From positions 80,765 to 144,764 of IMG/VR virus record IMGVR_UViG_3300028591_000093: a stretch of 64,000 nt of DNA. One strand, given 5' to 3'. Position numbers and translations under genes: made by a program. Positions 29,456-41,900 of the stretch are shown piece after piece; within the stretch, counting starts at the first letter, position 1; the number at the start of each line of letters is the position of its first letter. Origin of the DNA: a virus (lineage: Duplodnaviria > Heunggongvirae > Uroviricota > Caudoviricetes). Below the pieces are notes generated by a model. That model was not told the origin of the DNA. It saw only the letters and a program-made list of their open reading frames with translations, and ran no database searches.

Positions 29456-30094
29456 ATGACACAAGGCATAAATTTCTCAAATCTTAAAACTACTACTAGG
29501 AATATTTTCTTTACATCTGATTTACATCTCAATCATGAACCTATTATAGGTTGGTGTGGTAGACCATTTAAAGATGTTGAAGAAATGAACCAAGCAATAA
29601 TTGACAATTGGAATAGGGTTGTTGGCAAAGATGACCTTGTTTTTGATTTGGGAGATTTTTGCTTTGGAGGTAGTGCTGAGTGGAAGAAGTTTACAGAAGC
29701 TCTTAATGGAATTCATATATTAGTACCAGGCAATCATGATTGGAAAAATAAGTGCTTTAAACATAAAGACTTTTTTTATGAAGTAAGAAGTCAACTGTTT
29801 GTAAGTATTGATGGTCAAAAGATTTGGTTATCTCATTTTCCATTTCTTACATGGTCTGGTAAAGAAAGAAAAGTATGGAATTTACATGGGCATGTGCATC
29901 TCTCCACTTATGAAAATACAGGTATAGATTTTGATATAATGAAAACAGTTCCTCCTTATCAATATGATGTTGGAACTGATTGGCATCAGTTTACACCTGT
30001 GAGCTTCCAACAAGTTAAGGAAGCAATAGAGAAACAAATTGAAGATAATACAAATCAAGCTTTAATCTATGCTAGCTCTAAAAGTGTGGAATAG
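29456..30094 (+). CDS. Calcineurin-like metallophosphoesterase
   Basis: SDLH, LGD, GNHD, H and HGHVH; ends in TAG. Confidence 0.9.
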   Translation: MTQGINFSNLKTTTRNIFFTSDLHLNHEPIIGWCGRPFKDVEEMNQAIIDNWNRVVGKDDLVFDLGDFCFGGSAEWKKFTEALNGIHILVPGNHDWKNKCFKHKDFFYEVRSQLFVSIDGQKIWLSHFPFLTWSGKERKVWNLHGHVHLSTYENTGIDFDIMKTVPPYQYDVGTDWHQFTPVSFQQVKEAIEKQIEDNTNQALIYASSKSVE

Positions 30095-30293
30095 ACTTCC
30101 AGAACATAGAAGAGTACAGATAGTAACTCATATATTTCCTCATGCCTTACCTGAAGATATAAAATCAATGGCAAGGATATTCCATCATAACTTTGATTAT
30201 ACTGGTCCTGATGGTAATGGTGAGGTTATAAGAGATATACTGTCGCATTGCTACAATTCTATTGAAGGAATAAAAGTAGTATTATATGTCTAA
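30069..30293 (+). CDS. Hypothetical protein
   Basis: 74-aa ORF. Confidence 0.55.
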   Translation: MLALKVWNRLPEHRRVQIVTHIFPHALPEDIKSMARIFHHNFDYTGPDGNGEVIRDILSHCYNSIEGIKVVLYV

Positions 30294-30528
30294 AAGAAAA
30301 TTTGATGGAACAGTAGTAGTCCTCGATTTTAGAACAGAAAGTGTAGATTTGATACATTTTTCAAAAGAGGATGTTCATGATGGTGACTTTGATTCATTAC
30401 TTATGGATTATGGCTATGATTTAGATAACATCAGGTATATGGTAACAAATGAAGCAAGAATCAGTAAATACTGGTTTGCTGATGGAGGTTATCTAGGTTG
30501 TTATAAAAATTATAGGAGTTACTATTGA
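30286..30528 (+). CDS. Hypothetical protein
   Basis: 80-aa ORF. Confidence 0.6.
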   Translation: MSKRKFDGTVVVLDFRTESVDLIHFSKEDVHDGDFDSLLMDYGYDLDNIRYMVTNEARISKYWFADGGYLGCYKNYRSYY

Positions 30529-31058
30529 TGAATCAAGTTAAATATACAGAAACTGTTGTAAGTTTTTCAGAAGTTCCTGATGAGATTTCTCTTTGTATAA
30601 ATATTTCCAATTGCCCTTTTAAATGTCCTGGATGTCATTCACCATATTTACAAGAAGATGTTGGTGCATTGCTAACAGAAGCAAAACTTAGTGAATTGGT
30701 AAAAAATAATCCTGGAATTACTTGTGTATGTTTTATGGGAGGTGATAAATCTCCAAAAAGAATAAATCATTTACTTGAGTATGTAAAGGAAGAATTTGAT
30801 TTGAAAACAGCTTGGTATAGTGGAGCAAATATTTTAAATCGTCATGTTCATATCTACAATCTTAACTATTTGAAGTTAGGTCCTTATAGAGAAGATTTGG
30901 GGGGTTTAGATAAGTATCCACTTACTAATCAAAGAATGTATCAAATTGAAGAATTACATCAGGATACACCTTTTGGAAGAGTAGTATTTATACAAAAAGA
31001 CATAACAAAAAAGTTTGTACATAACAATGAAGATATTAGTAAAGACACAAAATCCTAA
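30525..31058 (+). CDS. nrdG: Anaerobic RNR activating enzyme (radical SAM)
   Basis: CPFKCPGC and FMGGD; near nrdD. Confidence 0.9.
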   Translation: MMNQVKYTETVVSFSEVPDEISLCINISNCPFKCPGCHSPYLQEDVGALLTEAKLSELVKNNPGITCVCFMGGDKSPKRINHLLEYVKEEFDLKTAWYSGANILNRHVHIYNLNYLKLGPYREDLGGLDKYPLTNQRMYQIEELHQDTPFGRVVFIQKDITKKFVHNNEDISKDTKS

Positions 31059-31518
31059 ATTATTACCTAGAGTTATTGACAAAGGTGATTGGGTAGACCT
31101 CTGTAGTGCAGAGGAAGTAAAGATTGATGCACCTTCTGTTAAAGATAACAAGGTAGTATTTGGTAAGAAACTAATTTCCCTTGGTGTGGCAATGCAGTTG
31201 CCACCTGGATTTGAAGCAGTTGTTGTCCCAAGAAGTAGCACCTTTAGTAAGTTTAAAGTTCTACTTGCTAATAGCTTTGGTGTGATAGACAACACTTATT
31301 GTGGTAACAATGACATTTGGGGATTCAATGCCATTGCTTTTGATAAGACTGTTATCCATAAAGGTGACAGAATCTGTCAATTCAAAGTTCAATTAAGTCA
31401 GAAAGCTACTTGGTGGCAAAAACTGAAGTGGCTGTTTGATAGCAAAATTGAGTTTGTTCCTGTTGATGACCTGCAAAATCCAGATAGACATGGGTTTGGT
31501 AGTACAGGAACTAAATGA
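31027..31518 (+). CDS. dut: Trimeric dUTPase
   Basis: DWVDL, PRSS, GVIDNTYCG, GDRICQ and RHGFGSTG. Confidence 0.93.
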   Translation: MKILVKTQNPKLLPRVIDKGDWVDLCSAEEVKIDAPSVKDNKVVFGKKLISLGVAMQLPPGFEAVVVPRSSTFSKFKVLLANSFGVIDNTYCGNNDIWGFNAIAFDKTVIHKGDRICQFKVQLSQKATWWQKLKWLFDSKIEFVPVDDLQNPDRHGFGSTGTK

Positions 31519-31799
31519 AAAAGAAACCTATCAGAAAAGATGAAGTAATCCAATTACCCTCTAGATATAGAGATGTGGATACTCATCTTATTCCTGTAAG
31601 TAAAAATAAGTATAAGTTCTATACATCAGGTCAGTACTATAGATTTGGTCCTAGTGAAGGAAATCCTTTTATTTTGGAATTCATTGACCCAGAAGGTGGT
31701 CCATTTATTGCTAAAGGATATAGAATTAGTGACAAGGAAGAAATCAAAGAAATAGTACAAGATATGACAGGAACTTATATTCTAACTGAAGATGTTTAA
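31515..31799 (+). CDS. Hypothetical protein
   Basis: 94-aa ORF with ATGA overlap. Confidence 0.7.
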   Translation: MKKKPIRKDEVIQLPSRYRDVDTHLIPVSKNKYKFYTSGQYYRFGPSEGNPFILEFIDPEGGPFIAKGYRISDKEEIKEIVQDMTGTYILTEDV

Positions 31800-31875
31800 T
31801 ATTGCTGAGTGATTTATAAGTTTTTGAAGAGTAATTTGGTAGATTATCAGTAGTACTAACATTTTTATTTGGAAT

Positions 31876-33033
31876 ATGGTAATTAGAACTACTTATCTTG
31901 CAAGAATAAATAATAAAGGAAAATTACAACTTGCTATGGTTCAGCTGGATAGAAATGAAAGTACATACAGTGTATATAGAACTACATGGCAAGTACATGG
32001 TAAAGAAAGGGAATATAACCCTTTGTTTATCAATAAAGGTAGAAACAGTAATTACATAGTCAGGGAAGCATTTCACTTATATGAAGTTTGTATAAGACAA
32101 TATGTGCACCTTGGCTATGTAAGGCTGGAAGACCTTACAGATAAGACAATTGAAGAGTTACAGGAAGATGAGTTAAATGATTTACTCAATAACTATGAGG
32201 AACCAACACTCAAAATTCCTAGACTTGTAAGACCTGTTAGCTGGGAAGAAGTAGCTACTAGTACTATGGATAGAGAATGGTACTGGACTTATAAAATTCC
32301 TGGCATTAGGTGTCTTATTTTCATGAAGGATGGACAAATAGCAGTCAAGACAGATTATCATGTATATCTTAAAAAGTCTATTCAACATTTGTTGACAGAT
32401 GATGTTAAATCAATGTTTGTAAAAGAACCTGATTTAGCATTAGATTGTATGATATATAGTCATGACCCTAAGAGTAGTAGAGACCATCTCATAAAGCTTA
32501 TTAAAGCACAAGAATGGTCTGAACAATGTAAGGATTTACATTTATATATTTGTGATTACATTTCTGATAATTCTTTAGAAGAAAGAATAGAACATATAGA
32601 AGAGCTGATGAAAGAGATTACCAACCCATTGATTCATTCAATAGAATGGAAAACTCTTGACGGTTATTATGTTGTATCTGCTGAAACAAGAAAAGCTATT
32701 AGAAAAGGTTATCCTGGATTATGGTTAAAAGCAAACAGAGAATATGGAGGAGGTAGAAAATCTGCTTTTCTTTATGTTGAAACTGAGGCTTTTAGAACAA
32801 GAACATATGTTATTAAGTATTATTCTGGAGGTGATTATGTGCAGATAGATAATACTCATAATAACTATTTTCATGCAATGATTGTAGGTCCTAGTAATTT
32901 TGATACAAAATATTATGCTCAACATCCTAGTGAATTAGTAGGTAGACAAGTAGTGTTAGCTTTTCAAGAGTTAAACAACGGTATACCAACAAATCCAATA
33001 GTTTGGCATCTAAATGACAAAAGAGAGACTTGA
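31876..33033 (+). CDS. ATP-dependent DNA ligase-like protein with degenerate motifs
   Basis: KIPGIRC (motif I KxDGxR), LDCMIY, ICDY, PGLWLK, YGGGRKS and an OB-like C-terminus. Confidence 0.65.
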   Translation: MVIRTTYLARINNKGKLQLAMVQLDRNESTYSVYRTTWQVHGKEREYNPLFINKGRNSNYIVREAFHLYEVCIRQYVHLGYVRLEDLTDKTIEELQEDELNDLLNNYEEPTLKIPRLVRPVSWEEVATSTMDREWYWTYKIPGIRCLIFMKDGQIAVKTDYHVYLKKSIQHLLTDDVKSMFVKEPDLALDCMIYSHDPKSSRDHLIKLIKAQEWSEQCKDLHLYICDYISDNSLEERIEHIEELMKEITNPLIHSIEWKTLDGYYVVSAETRKAIRKGYPGLWLKANREYGGGRKSAFLYVETEAFRTRTYVIKYYSGGDYVQIDNTHNNYFHAMIVGPSNFDTKYYAQHPSELVGRQVVLAFQELNNGIPTNPIVWHLNDKRET

Positions 33034-33268
33034 AAAAATTATTTGGATGAATCCTATTACTGCTGATGTAGCAGCTGAACTTATTGTTGAGTTTTTTAAC
33101 AAGAAAGGAAAGAGAATTCCAAATGCTCAAGAATTACAAGTATTACTACAGTTAGGCCAGTATATCAACTGGCACTGGGTAATGTGTCAGGTAGCTGAAA
33201 TGAATGGCTATCAACTTATTACTATAACTAAGGATAATTTGGTAGTTGCCAGATACCTACAAGAATAA
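33014..33268 (+). CDS. Hypothetical protein, last gene of the + module
   Basis: 84-aa ORF ending at the terminator. Confidence 0.7.
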   Translation: MTKERLEKIIWMNPITADVAAELIVEFFNKKGKRIPNAQELQVLLQLGQYINWHWVMCQVAEMNGYQLITITKDNLVVARYLQE

Positions 33269-33326
33269 AAAGACCCCCTGCATAAGAGACCTTATTTGGT
33301 TTCCTATGTCAGGGGGTTATTTTTTT
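33267..33326. terminator. Bidirectional intrinsic terminator between the convergent modules
   Basis: A tract, then an extended hairpin ACCCCCTG-CATA...TATG-T-CAGGGGGT, then a T tract; flanked by stops at 33268 (+) and 33352 (-). Confidence 0.88.
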
Positions 33327-33351
33327 CCTAGATTAGGAATGGAGGTTGGGG

Positions 33352-36300
33352 TTAATCTCCCCAGCTCCAGTCTTTTGCAGCACCTATTCTTTTATCCATC
33401 CAATCTTGTAAATCAATTTCTTTGTCATCATCAAATGCTGCAAATAAATCATTTTGTAGATTAACAAGAGTTGTATAGAACCCAGGCTCCCAGCTCAATC
33501 CTGTCAAACCATGAGGACCAACATCATCAAGTGCTCTGACAAGAGTTCTTTCAAATGGGTTCATGTCTGACATCTTATTAGTTCCTCCAGAGAAGATAAG
33601 TCTAAGAATATAATATAATAACAAACCAATAAGAATATCATGTAAACCTAATTTAAGGTTAGCAAGTCTTTGTTTATTATTCATTATCTCAGAAAAGTTC
33701 AAGTGATAGAGGTCTCTTATAGTTGACATGATAGAAGCAAAAATACCTTCTATATAGTCTCCTTGCCATACATATTGTGGCTCAAGAGTACCACCTTCAT
33801 TATCTTCTACTAAAGTAACTTGCAGTTCACCGTTAGCAAGTTCTGTAATCTTTCTGTATTGAGTCTTTCCATCAATTACTAATGGAACAAACTGACCTTG
33901 TGAGGTTGATTGACCAGCTACTCTTGGTTTACCTTTAAACCACAAACTAAACTTTGCAGTCCAGAAGGCCATAAACTGTTTCCAGATAAGACCAATAGCC
34001 ATGTGGTCAATCAGAGATTTTGTTTCATGGTCATAATAACCATAAACAGAATCAGAAAATTCCTTGAGAGATGCTGCTTGTCTATTAGTATAAGCTCTTG
34101 GCAGAGGTAATAACTTACCATCAGAAGAAGTCATTTGATAACCATTCTGTGTAAACTCATCAGCCATTGCTCTATAAAGAGCTTTCTCTTCAAGATATTT
34201 AGCATCAGTACTTGTAGAATTAAGACCAATTCTATTTAGTGTAGCAAATCTTTTATCTTTTGTAAAATCATACTTGAGAACTCCATTTTCATCAAATGAG
34301 TGAGCATCAAGTACTCCATCATGTATCATCTTTGCTATAAACAAAATCATTCTATTATAGTAGTCAGGAGCAATAGAGTTAATAAACATGTAGTTACTAA
34401 ATTGATTAGTAAGTCCTGTTTTATTAAGTGTTTGCTTTTGTACTATAGAAGAAATATCTTGGTTAGCAATACCATACATAATGTTGATTTGCTCACAAAG
34501 AGAAAAGTCTGCAATATCACCATTTCCTCCAGCAGCATTTAAGTACTTCTTACCAGATTGACCATATACAAATCCAGCAGCTTTTGCTAAATCAGCAGCA
34601 TCAAATTCCTGAGAAGTACCTTTCATTGCCCAAAGTCTAGCACAGTTACTAAATGTACCAAATGTGATTTCCTTTAAGAATGAAAGTGGTCTAAGTGACA
34701 ATACCAAGTAACTGTTAAGTTTCTTAGCAACACTCATTACCTTTGCTGCACCTTGAACTTCTTTTGGTAAGATAGTCTGGTCTTTAATTGAGATGTTTAT
34801 CTGCTTGTCAATAGCATCAAGTTCTTCAGAGAATGTTGCACCACCAGAAGCTCTGTAATAATGCATTACTGTTGCTACTGCTTCTACATGTAACAAGACT
34901 TCATCAAAGTATCTTTTTCTAATTGCTTGATATGCCATATCAGCAGCAAGAAAATTAAGATTGATTTCAAAGTCATGTTTACCTTCTTTCTCAATCCAAC
35001 TTTGTCTTGCTCTACCTGTAATGTCATAAGCATTATACATTTGAATAGAGTCTTCTCCAAGTTGTCTATCTATTTCAGCAGATACATCTGCATGTACACC
35101 TCTTAAATCAAAGTCATCTCTAAGATTCTACCAAGCTTTGTTAAAGAAATTCATCCAGCCAATATGACCAATGTTTCTCATTCTGTTAAAATCAGAACCT
35201 CTTCTTAAAGGTAATTCAAAATAAGTGTCCTTTGATTGAGCATCTCTAACTTGTTCAAGATTATCAATCTCAGTTTCATTACCTTTGTAAGCCATTGTTT
35301 GATATTTGAGGTCAAGACCTTTAATTCTCCATTTGTTAATTTCCCAAAGAATCTCTTTAAGGAACTACTTATCCCTTGGGTCCATATTGGTTTCAGAGTA
35401 AGGGTTCTTTAAAAGCAAGCTGTCTGCTAAATCTCCCTCTCCATCTTTTACCATTAAAGATTGCCAAATTGGATATGTATCATTCCAAGCAAGTCTATCC
35501 ATTTGAGATTTATTCCATCTATCTCTCAGATAATCAAGACAAATTCTGTTAACACTATTTGCTTGTTTAAAGAATTCTTCTCTTAACTTATCATAAGCAG
35601 CTCTATAGAAAAGAGCAATGTTCTCCATGTTTTGTGATGGAGAAGCAGAAGGAGTAGTTGAAATAAGTCCCTGTAATGGACCAGCAAATGAATTTTGATT
35701 AGCAACTATTGCACCACCAATCAATCTGAATATATCAGTTACATTGATTCCCCAAGTACTTACTTTACCATTAAATTGTACATCAGCATTTCTGTAATGT
35801 AACAATGCATTAGCAAGTAAGAAATAAACTTGAGATACAGGTGTGGTAAATGTTCTAGCAGTTGTTATATTCTCATGTTTTAACTCTTGAGGATAAGCTT
35901 TTCTAAGTTTCTTCATGAGGTCTTCAATCTTTGCTATCTTTTGATTCTTCTCTAAGTTAGAAGTTGGTATAGAAGTCATAATCTTATGAACTTCTTCATC
36001 TTCTTTTACATTAGCAAGAATAGTATCAAGTTCAGATAACAATAACTGCCAATCATCAGCTACAACAATATCTTGTGCAAAGTGATTAGTAATGTTCTCA
36101 CCTTTATTGTTAGCAGCTTTAATCAAGTAATCAAAGTTACTCTTTAGTTGTGCTAATACAGGAACATCAGATTGTCCTTCATAATTGTTGATTACTTTAA
36201 TAAGACCAATCTTTTTATTTTTAAAGATATTAGGATTCTTATCAGCAATAACATTTAATGTAACTAACAGTTTGATGTATTCCATGTTCTCAGTTGTAGA

Positions 36301-38058
36301 AGGCATTGCTTCAACACCAACTAATCTTCTTACTTGGTCATTACTATAGAATTTTCCAAGTATTGTTTGAGAACCATTGTTATCTTGTTCTACACCAAGT
36401 TTCTGGTCAGTAAGGCAAATAAAATCAATTACACCACTTCTTGTATCTTCATAAGCAATAATACCTAAATCAAGAAGAGTTGGAATATCAAGTAATTTGT
36501 ACTTCTTATTTACATACTTTCCAAAAGTTTGTTGTAATACATTGTATGTATTGGTATTAGGATTACTCTTTGTTCCTAAGAAGTCAAATGTAGATGGGTG
36601 AGCAGAAGTACTCTGATAATCAGTAATCTGTCTTACAATATCATGAACTTGTTTATTGAAGTGAGTTCTAGTATTGTTGATGATTTGTTCAATAATACCA
36701 TTATGTTTTGTAAAATCTTCTCTATTAGTTCTCTTTTCAACTTTACCTGTTAAAGGATTTACAAGAACATATTGTGTTCTACCATTCCACACTTGTACAG
36801 TAATTCTTCTATCAAGTTCTTCAAAAGTGTAATTTCTTTCCTTTCTTTCAAAAGGAATGATTAACTTTCTAAGAGCTTCATCGACTTCATTATTTAACTC
36901 TGATGTATTTATAGTTTGTACTGCTACAGGAGAATATATAAGTTGTCTAATGTTTTGAGAGTAGTCACCATAAGAGTAATCAAGCTTTGATGGAGTAGAA
37001 CCACTGGAAATACCTAAGTTTCTTCTATTTTCTACTCTCATACTTCTAATAGCTCCCATAGGCATACTAATTGGTAAAGTATATAAACCAATTCTATACC
37101 CATCAAAACCATTAGCAGCGAGTATTTCTCTATACATACCTAACTGATATTGAGTATGTATTTTCTTTGCAGAATACCAGTCATCATAACTTCTAGTAGA
37201 TACTTTGAAGTCAATAATGTCAATATCACCATTAGGTTTAACAATGATTAAGTCACAAATACCTTTAATACCAGAGAAATCTTCATTAACTTTTACATTG
37301 TTAGTAGAAATATGATGTTCACTCAAGATAGTTGCTCCAGAGTAATCAGGATTGTTAAGAATAGAATCAACGACAGCTATTACATTCTTTTTGATAATTC
37401 TAATTATCTCTTCAATGTTTGGTTTAGAACCTCTTTCTCTTGAAGTAAGTATAGTATCTAAACTTGCTACTGTCTGGCCATCAACCTCATGTTCTGTACT
37501 AGTTTCAATAGTTCTTTTAGCTTCAGCAAGAGCTGTTGCAAATGCTAATGAATCATAGCCTTTCTGATTAGCAGTTGTATTCTTAAATGCAATACTTACA
37601 AGATTATGAAATAAACTACCAAATTCACTAACAGCAGACTCTTCTTCAATTTGTAAAAGAAGATTATCTAAAGCTGCTTGCATGTCTCCATTGGCTTTCT
37701 GAGTATCTTCAGGTTGTAACAAGTTTTTAAGAGTATTCTCTATTCTGTTCTCTTTATTGTAAATAGGAACAAGAGGCTTCATAATTACTCTGCCTGCTGC
37801 ATCAACCTGTCCAAGGTCATGTTCTTGTTCAAGGTATTCAGATACACCAATAAACCTGTCTTTCTTTACAACAGTCTATGAGTTCTTTCTTTCTGACAAA
37901 GAACCTAATCTTCTAAGTCTTGTAGTAAGGTCTGATTGCACACTCAAGATTGTAGACTTAATGTCTTCCATTCCTTCCTGTTCTAGCTTACTAAGTATGT
38001 TTTGTACAAGTTCCTCTTGAGTAAGAGTTACTTTATTAAATGTATAGCATTTACTCAT
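33352..38058 (-). CDS. Giant virion/ejection polyvalent protein (1568 aa with TAG as sense) with a PD-(D/E)xK nuclease domain and C-terminal hydrophobic helix
   Basis: Joins track ORFs 37876-38064, 35365-37782 and 33352-35040 in one frame through TAGs at 37876, 35365 and 35128, with no TAA/TGA in the gaps. Motifs FGSLFH, GICDL, IIDFK and QLGMY. ATG 38058 overlaps the upstream TGA. Confidence 0.85.
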
Positions 38059-38921
38059 AGACATTCTCCTTCTGTAATTATACCTTCTTTAATTAAAGAT
38101 TCAATATAGTTCATAACTTTTGCAGATTGAACTACTTTATACTGATAATCAGAATAACCTGTTTTTGCAATCTTTTTAGGTTTCAAAAGACTACTATCAT
38201 TACCAATCTGAGATAAAGGACCTTGTAAGTATGAAATAAAATCAACAATTCCTTCAAGTCCAAATGTTTTCTCAAGATGTTTTACCATGATAGCATTCAA
38301 TTCATCATATTCTGGAATTACTTCATAACTAACCTTATTATCAATAATTGCTTCAATAAGTCTAGTAAAAGCTTCTTCTTTCCTATCTAAATCCATAAAG
38401 TGTAGATATTCAGTAGGAAGACTTCTTAACATTTCTTGGAACTGTGGAACTTTAGAAACAATTTCCATAGCTCTCATAAAGTCAGAATAACTGTCAGCTT
38501 TCATTACACCAAATACAAGATGTGTAAATTCATGTAATGGAGCTGTTGTTGTAGCAGCATTTGTGTTAATATAGATTTTACCTTCTGCTACACCAGCTTC
38601 TGTGCTTTCTGGAAATCCTAAAGATTTCATCTGATAGTCTTCTACTAACTGCACATCTACTCCTAGAGTTCTCATGTTATCTGCAATGATATTAAGTGCA
38701 GAATATAAATCAACCTCTTTTAAAGGTGTTTTTCTTTGATTTAAGACACTTTCATCTATCAACTGGACAAGTTTATTAGCTTTAGCTGGATATGCTCTCA
38801 GAGCCTCTAAAAATTGCCCTGCTACTTCTCTAGGATTTTCAGATATAGCAGTTGGGGAGGGAAGAGTAATCTCCTCCACTCCCTTTCCTGTATTTAATGT
38901 TACTTTAAATTCACATGCCAT
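38055..38921 (-). CDS. Zincin-like metallopeptidase (MPTase-type), 288 aa
   Basis: HEFTH (HExxH) plus downstream EEAFT; start MACEF placed 1 nt after the upstream TAA. Confidence 0.82.
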   Translation of the reverse strand: MACEFKVTLNTGKGVEEITLPSPTAISENPREVAGQFLEALRAYPAKANKLVQLIDESVLNQRKTPLKEVDLYSALNIIADNMRTLGVDVQLVEDYQMKSLGFPESTEAGVAEGKIYINTNAATTTAPLHEFTHLVFGVMKADSYSDFMRAMEIVSKVPQFQEMLRSLPTEYLHFMDLDRKEEAFTRLIEAIIDNKVSYEVIPEYDELNAIMVKHLEKTFGLEGIVDFISYLQGPLSQIGNDSSLLKPKKIAKTGYSDYQYKVVQSAKVMNYIESLIKEGIITEGECL

Positions 38922-38922
38922 A

Positions 38923-41900
38923 TTAACACTCATAATTAACTGACAAACTTCCATTCTCTAAAGCACTAGTTACTTTAGCAGCATTTTGTAGAGCTTTGTT
39001 ATCTACTTCAGCTTCTTCAAAAGTTCTAAGTCCAAGTAACCCTTTAAAACCATCCATAATTGAATGACCAGATTCAAATCTAATTAAGGATTTTGGTCTT
39101 ATTCTTCCTCTAAGTAAGAAATAAATGAACTTCTCTTTATTTTCAAGAGTAGGCTCTATTGTTCTTTCTCCTCTATCATACAAGAGATAATGATTGATTA
39201 ACCTCTGTGATAAAGATTCAGGAGTTGCATCAGTAATGTACTTATCAAATATCTTTGTAAGAGACCTTTGCCCTATAGAATCTTGATTAAGGATTTGATT
39301 GTAAATAAACATTAAATCTCCAAAAGTCATATCCAAACCTTTGTTCATTACAGTAGATGTCCTTTGGAGAATTGTTCCTAACTTAATATTCATCAATCTA
39401 TTAAATCCACCAACAAAGTTCTGATACTTCAAAGTATCATAATCTGAGTTGATTTGGTCTATATTGAAGTTAGCTACATATTTAGTTACACCAGTATTAG
39501 CATCTTCAAAGAGTCTTATTCCATCTAAAAATTCATTGTTTGTAACAGCTTGAATAGCATAGTTCAAATCAATTTCATCTTGTGTAGTAGGATTCTCTTT
39601 AATTGCTTTTCTACTAAGTTGTTTAAGAGCTGGAACTACAATATAGTTCATCAATTCAATAAAGTCTTCTATAGAAGCGTTGCTCTTGAAGTCTATCTTG
39701 TATAATTTCTTTAAAGTTTTATTTCTAAATGGTAAAGTAATCTGTAAGTTTTGGTCTTTAAGAAAATCAGCAACAACATAGTCATCAAAGAATTTAATTG
39801 CTCTTTGTGCAGTTCTACTGTTGTATGTAATCCTCTTAACTCCATTACTCTTAAAGTTAATTAAACTACCATCAAAGAAACCATTGATACCAGAATCTAA
39901 AATAAATCTAGCTTTTGCAGAAAGAGCTTTCATCTCTTCCATAGATTGAGAATATGCTTCAAGCATAGCATAGAAGTTACTAGACTCATTGATAATGTCA
40001 TATACATTGTAAGTAGATTTAACCGCATCATAAATGTCAGTTACTGCTTTTCTGTATTCAGGGTCAGCAAAATATCTTGTCATACTGATAGGTTTAGTAA
40101 TATCAATCTGATATTTTTTAATAATATCATTTGCCTTACTAATCTTATCTGAGTAATATTCTACTACTTTACCTCTTCTGTTATCATGTATCAATGTAAG
40201 AGCTTGTACTGCTGTATTAACATTTAACAATGGTAATTCATCATCTGTTACAACCTACAAGTTCTTTTTCAAATTGAACCATCCACTCTTGGATAGTCCT
40301 GGCATTTGACTTGCTCTAATTGCCAAGAGAGTTTCATGTAAATCTTTTATTCTGTTAGATAATACACTTTGGAAACCTGTTAAAAGACCATTAGCTTTAA
40401 ATAAATCAACTTTAACACCCTAGTTAACTCCAAGTATTCTTGCTAATTCAGTAATTTCATCAGCAAACTTATAAAGTCTCATTATTTGTACACAGTCATC
40501 ATAGTATCCATTGTTGTTACCCCAGGATAAGAATTCTTCAAATAATTGTTCATCAATTCTTTTTTCTTCACCATCAACAAATCTATTAGATTGAATCATC
40601 TCATTAAATTTGTTAAATGGTTTAGAAGTTGTAAATTGAACAATTGTCTCTGGGTCAACTCCAAGTAAAGTCAAATATACATGTATTGAAGCAAGCTTAA
40701 TACCTGCATTCATTTTTGCAAGTGCTAATTCTTTAGCATTATCTGTTGCAAGTGAAATCAAGGAACTTTGCTATAAGGAAGCAGTATTATTGTTATAATA
40801 CAACTGTCTTTCAGGATTACCTAATAAGTCTGCCCATGCTTTGGAAAGTTCTTTAATTCTTTCTTCAATGATTCTAACATCTGCTACAAAACTTGTTGGA
40901 AGAGTAATTCTTTTTTCTTTACCTTCCTCATCATTTACAAGTAATGTAAGTTTATTGTTAAACCACTTATAGCTGTCAAGAATATCTTGTGCACTTGGAT
41001 TATTTCTATAGAATTGGTTATAGTATTGTGTTAAAGCAAAGAATACTTTAATACCATTTGCCATTACACCTACTGTTTGTTTACCAACTGAGTTAATCTC
41101 TTGTAAAGCATGAATAGAAATTCCATCAAACAAATTCATTTGTTGTTGTTCTATAAATACCTTGTCAAGAGCATCTTTAAACAATTTCATTGCTCCATCA
41201 ATAGAGGAGTAAGAAAGAGAGAAGTTTTTAGCATTAGTAGAAACAGAGTTAATGTTTCTTGCTACTAAGTTCTTAGATTCTTCAGCTGTGATGATATGTC
41301 TGTTATGCTTGTTAAGTTTAATTATCAAGTTTCTAACAAGTCTATTATCAAGTAAGTCTTTTGTAATGTTAAAAGATTTATTAGTATTTACATAGTTTAG
41401 TATGTCTAACAGTAACTGTAAACCAATTACATTGTCATCTGTTGATATGTATTGTTGAATTAGTTGTACAAGTTGTGCATCAGGATTGTCAGTAGTTACT
41501 TGTACTTTATTAGTACCTTCATCACTGTCATCTCCCCAAACCAATTCAATGTTAGTTGGCAATGGTAATCTATCAGAAATCTCCATAGCTGCTTGACTAG
41601 TGTAATCTGCTAATGGAGACCAATGCTGATAAATACCTTGCTTGTTAAGTGAAACACCTAACATGTAACTTTTATCCATTTTGTTAACTTTACTTTTCAG
41701 TAAAGATTAGACTATCTCTTCACTCATATTTTGAGTGGTGTGCGCTTCCATTATCCTTTTATCTTCAGGTAATGTACTTAATGCTATAATTTCATCTAGC
41801 ACCTGTGTACCATAATAAATCTTTAAATCAGACATTTCTGGAAGTACTTTATACATCATACTTGGACAAACATAAGGTGATATTATTTTGAATAATTTTT

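Noticed and set aside
38922-38954. Longer start (MEVCQL...) for the peptidase gene
   Set aside because: It overlaps the RNAP C-terminus; the ATG at 38921 one base after the TAA matches the junction pattern seen at 46670.
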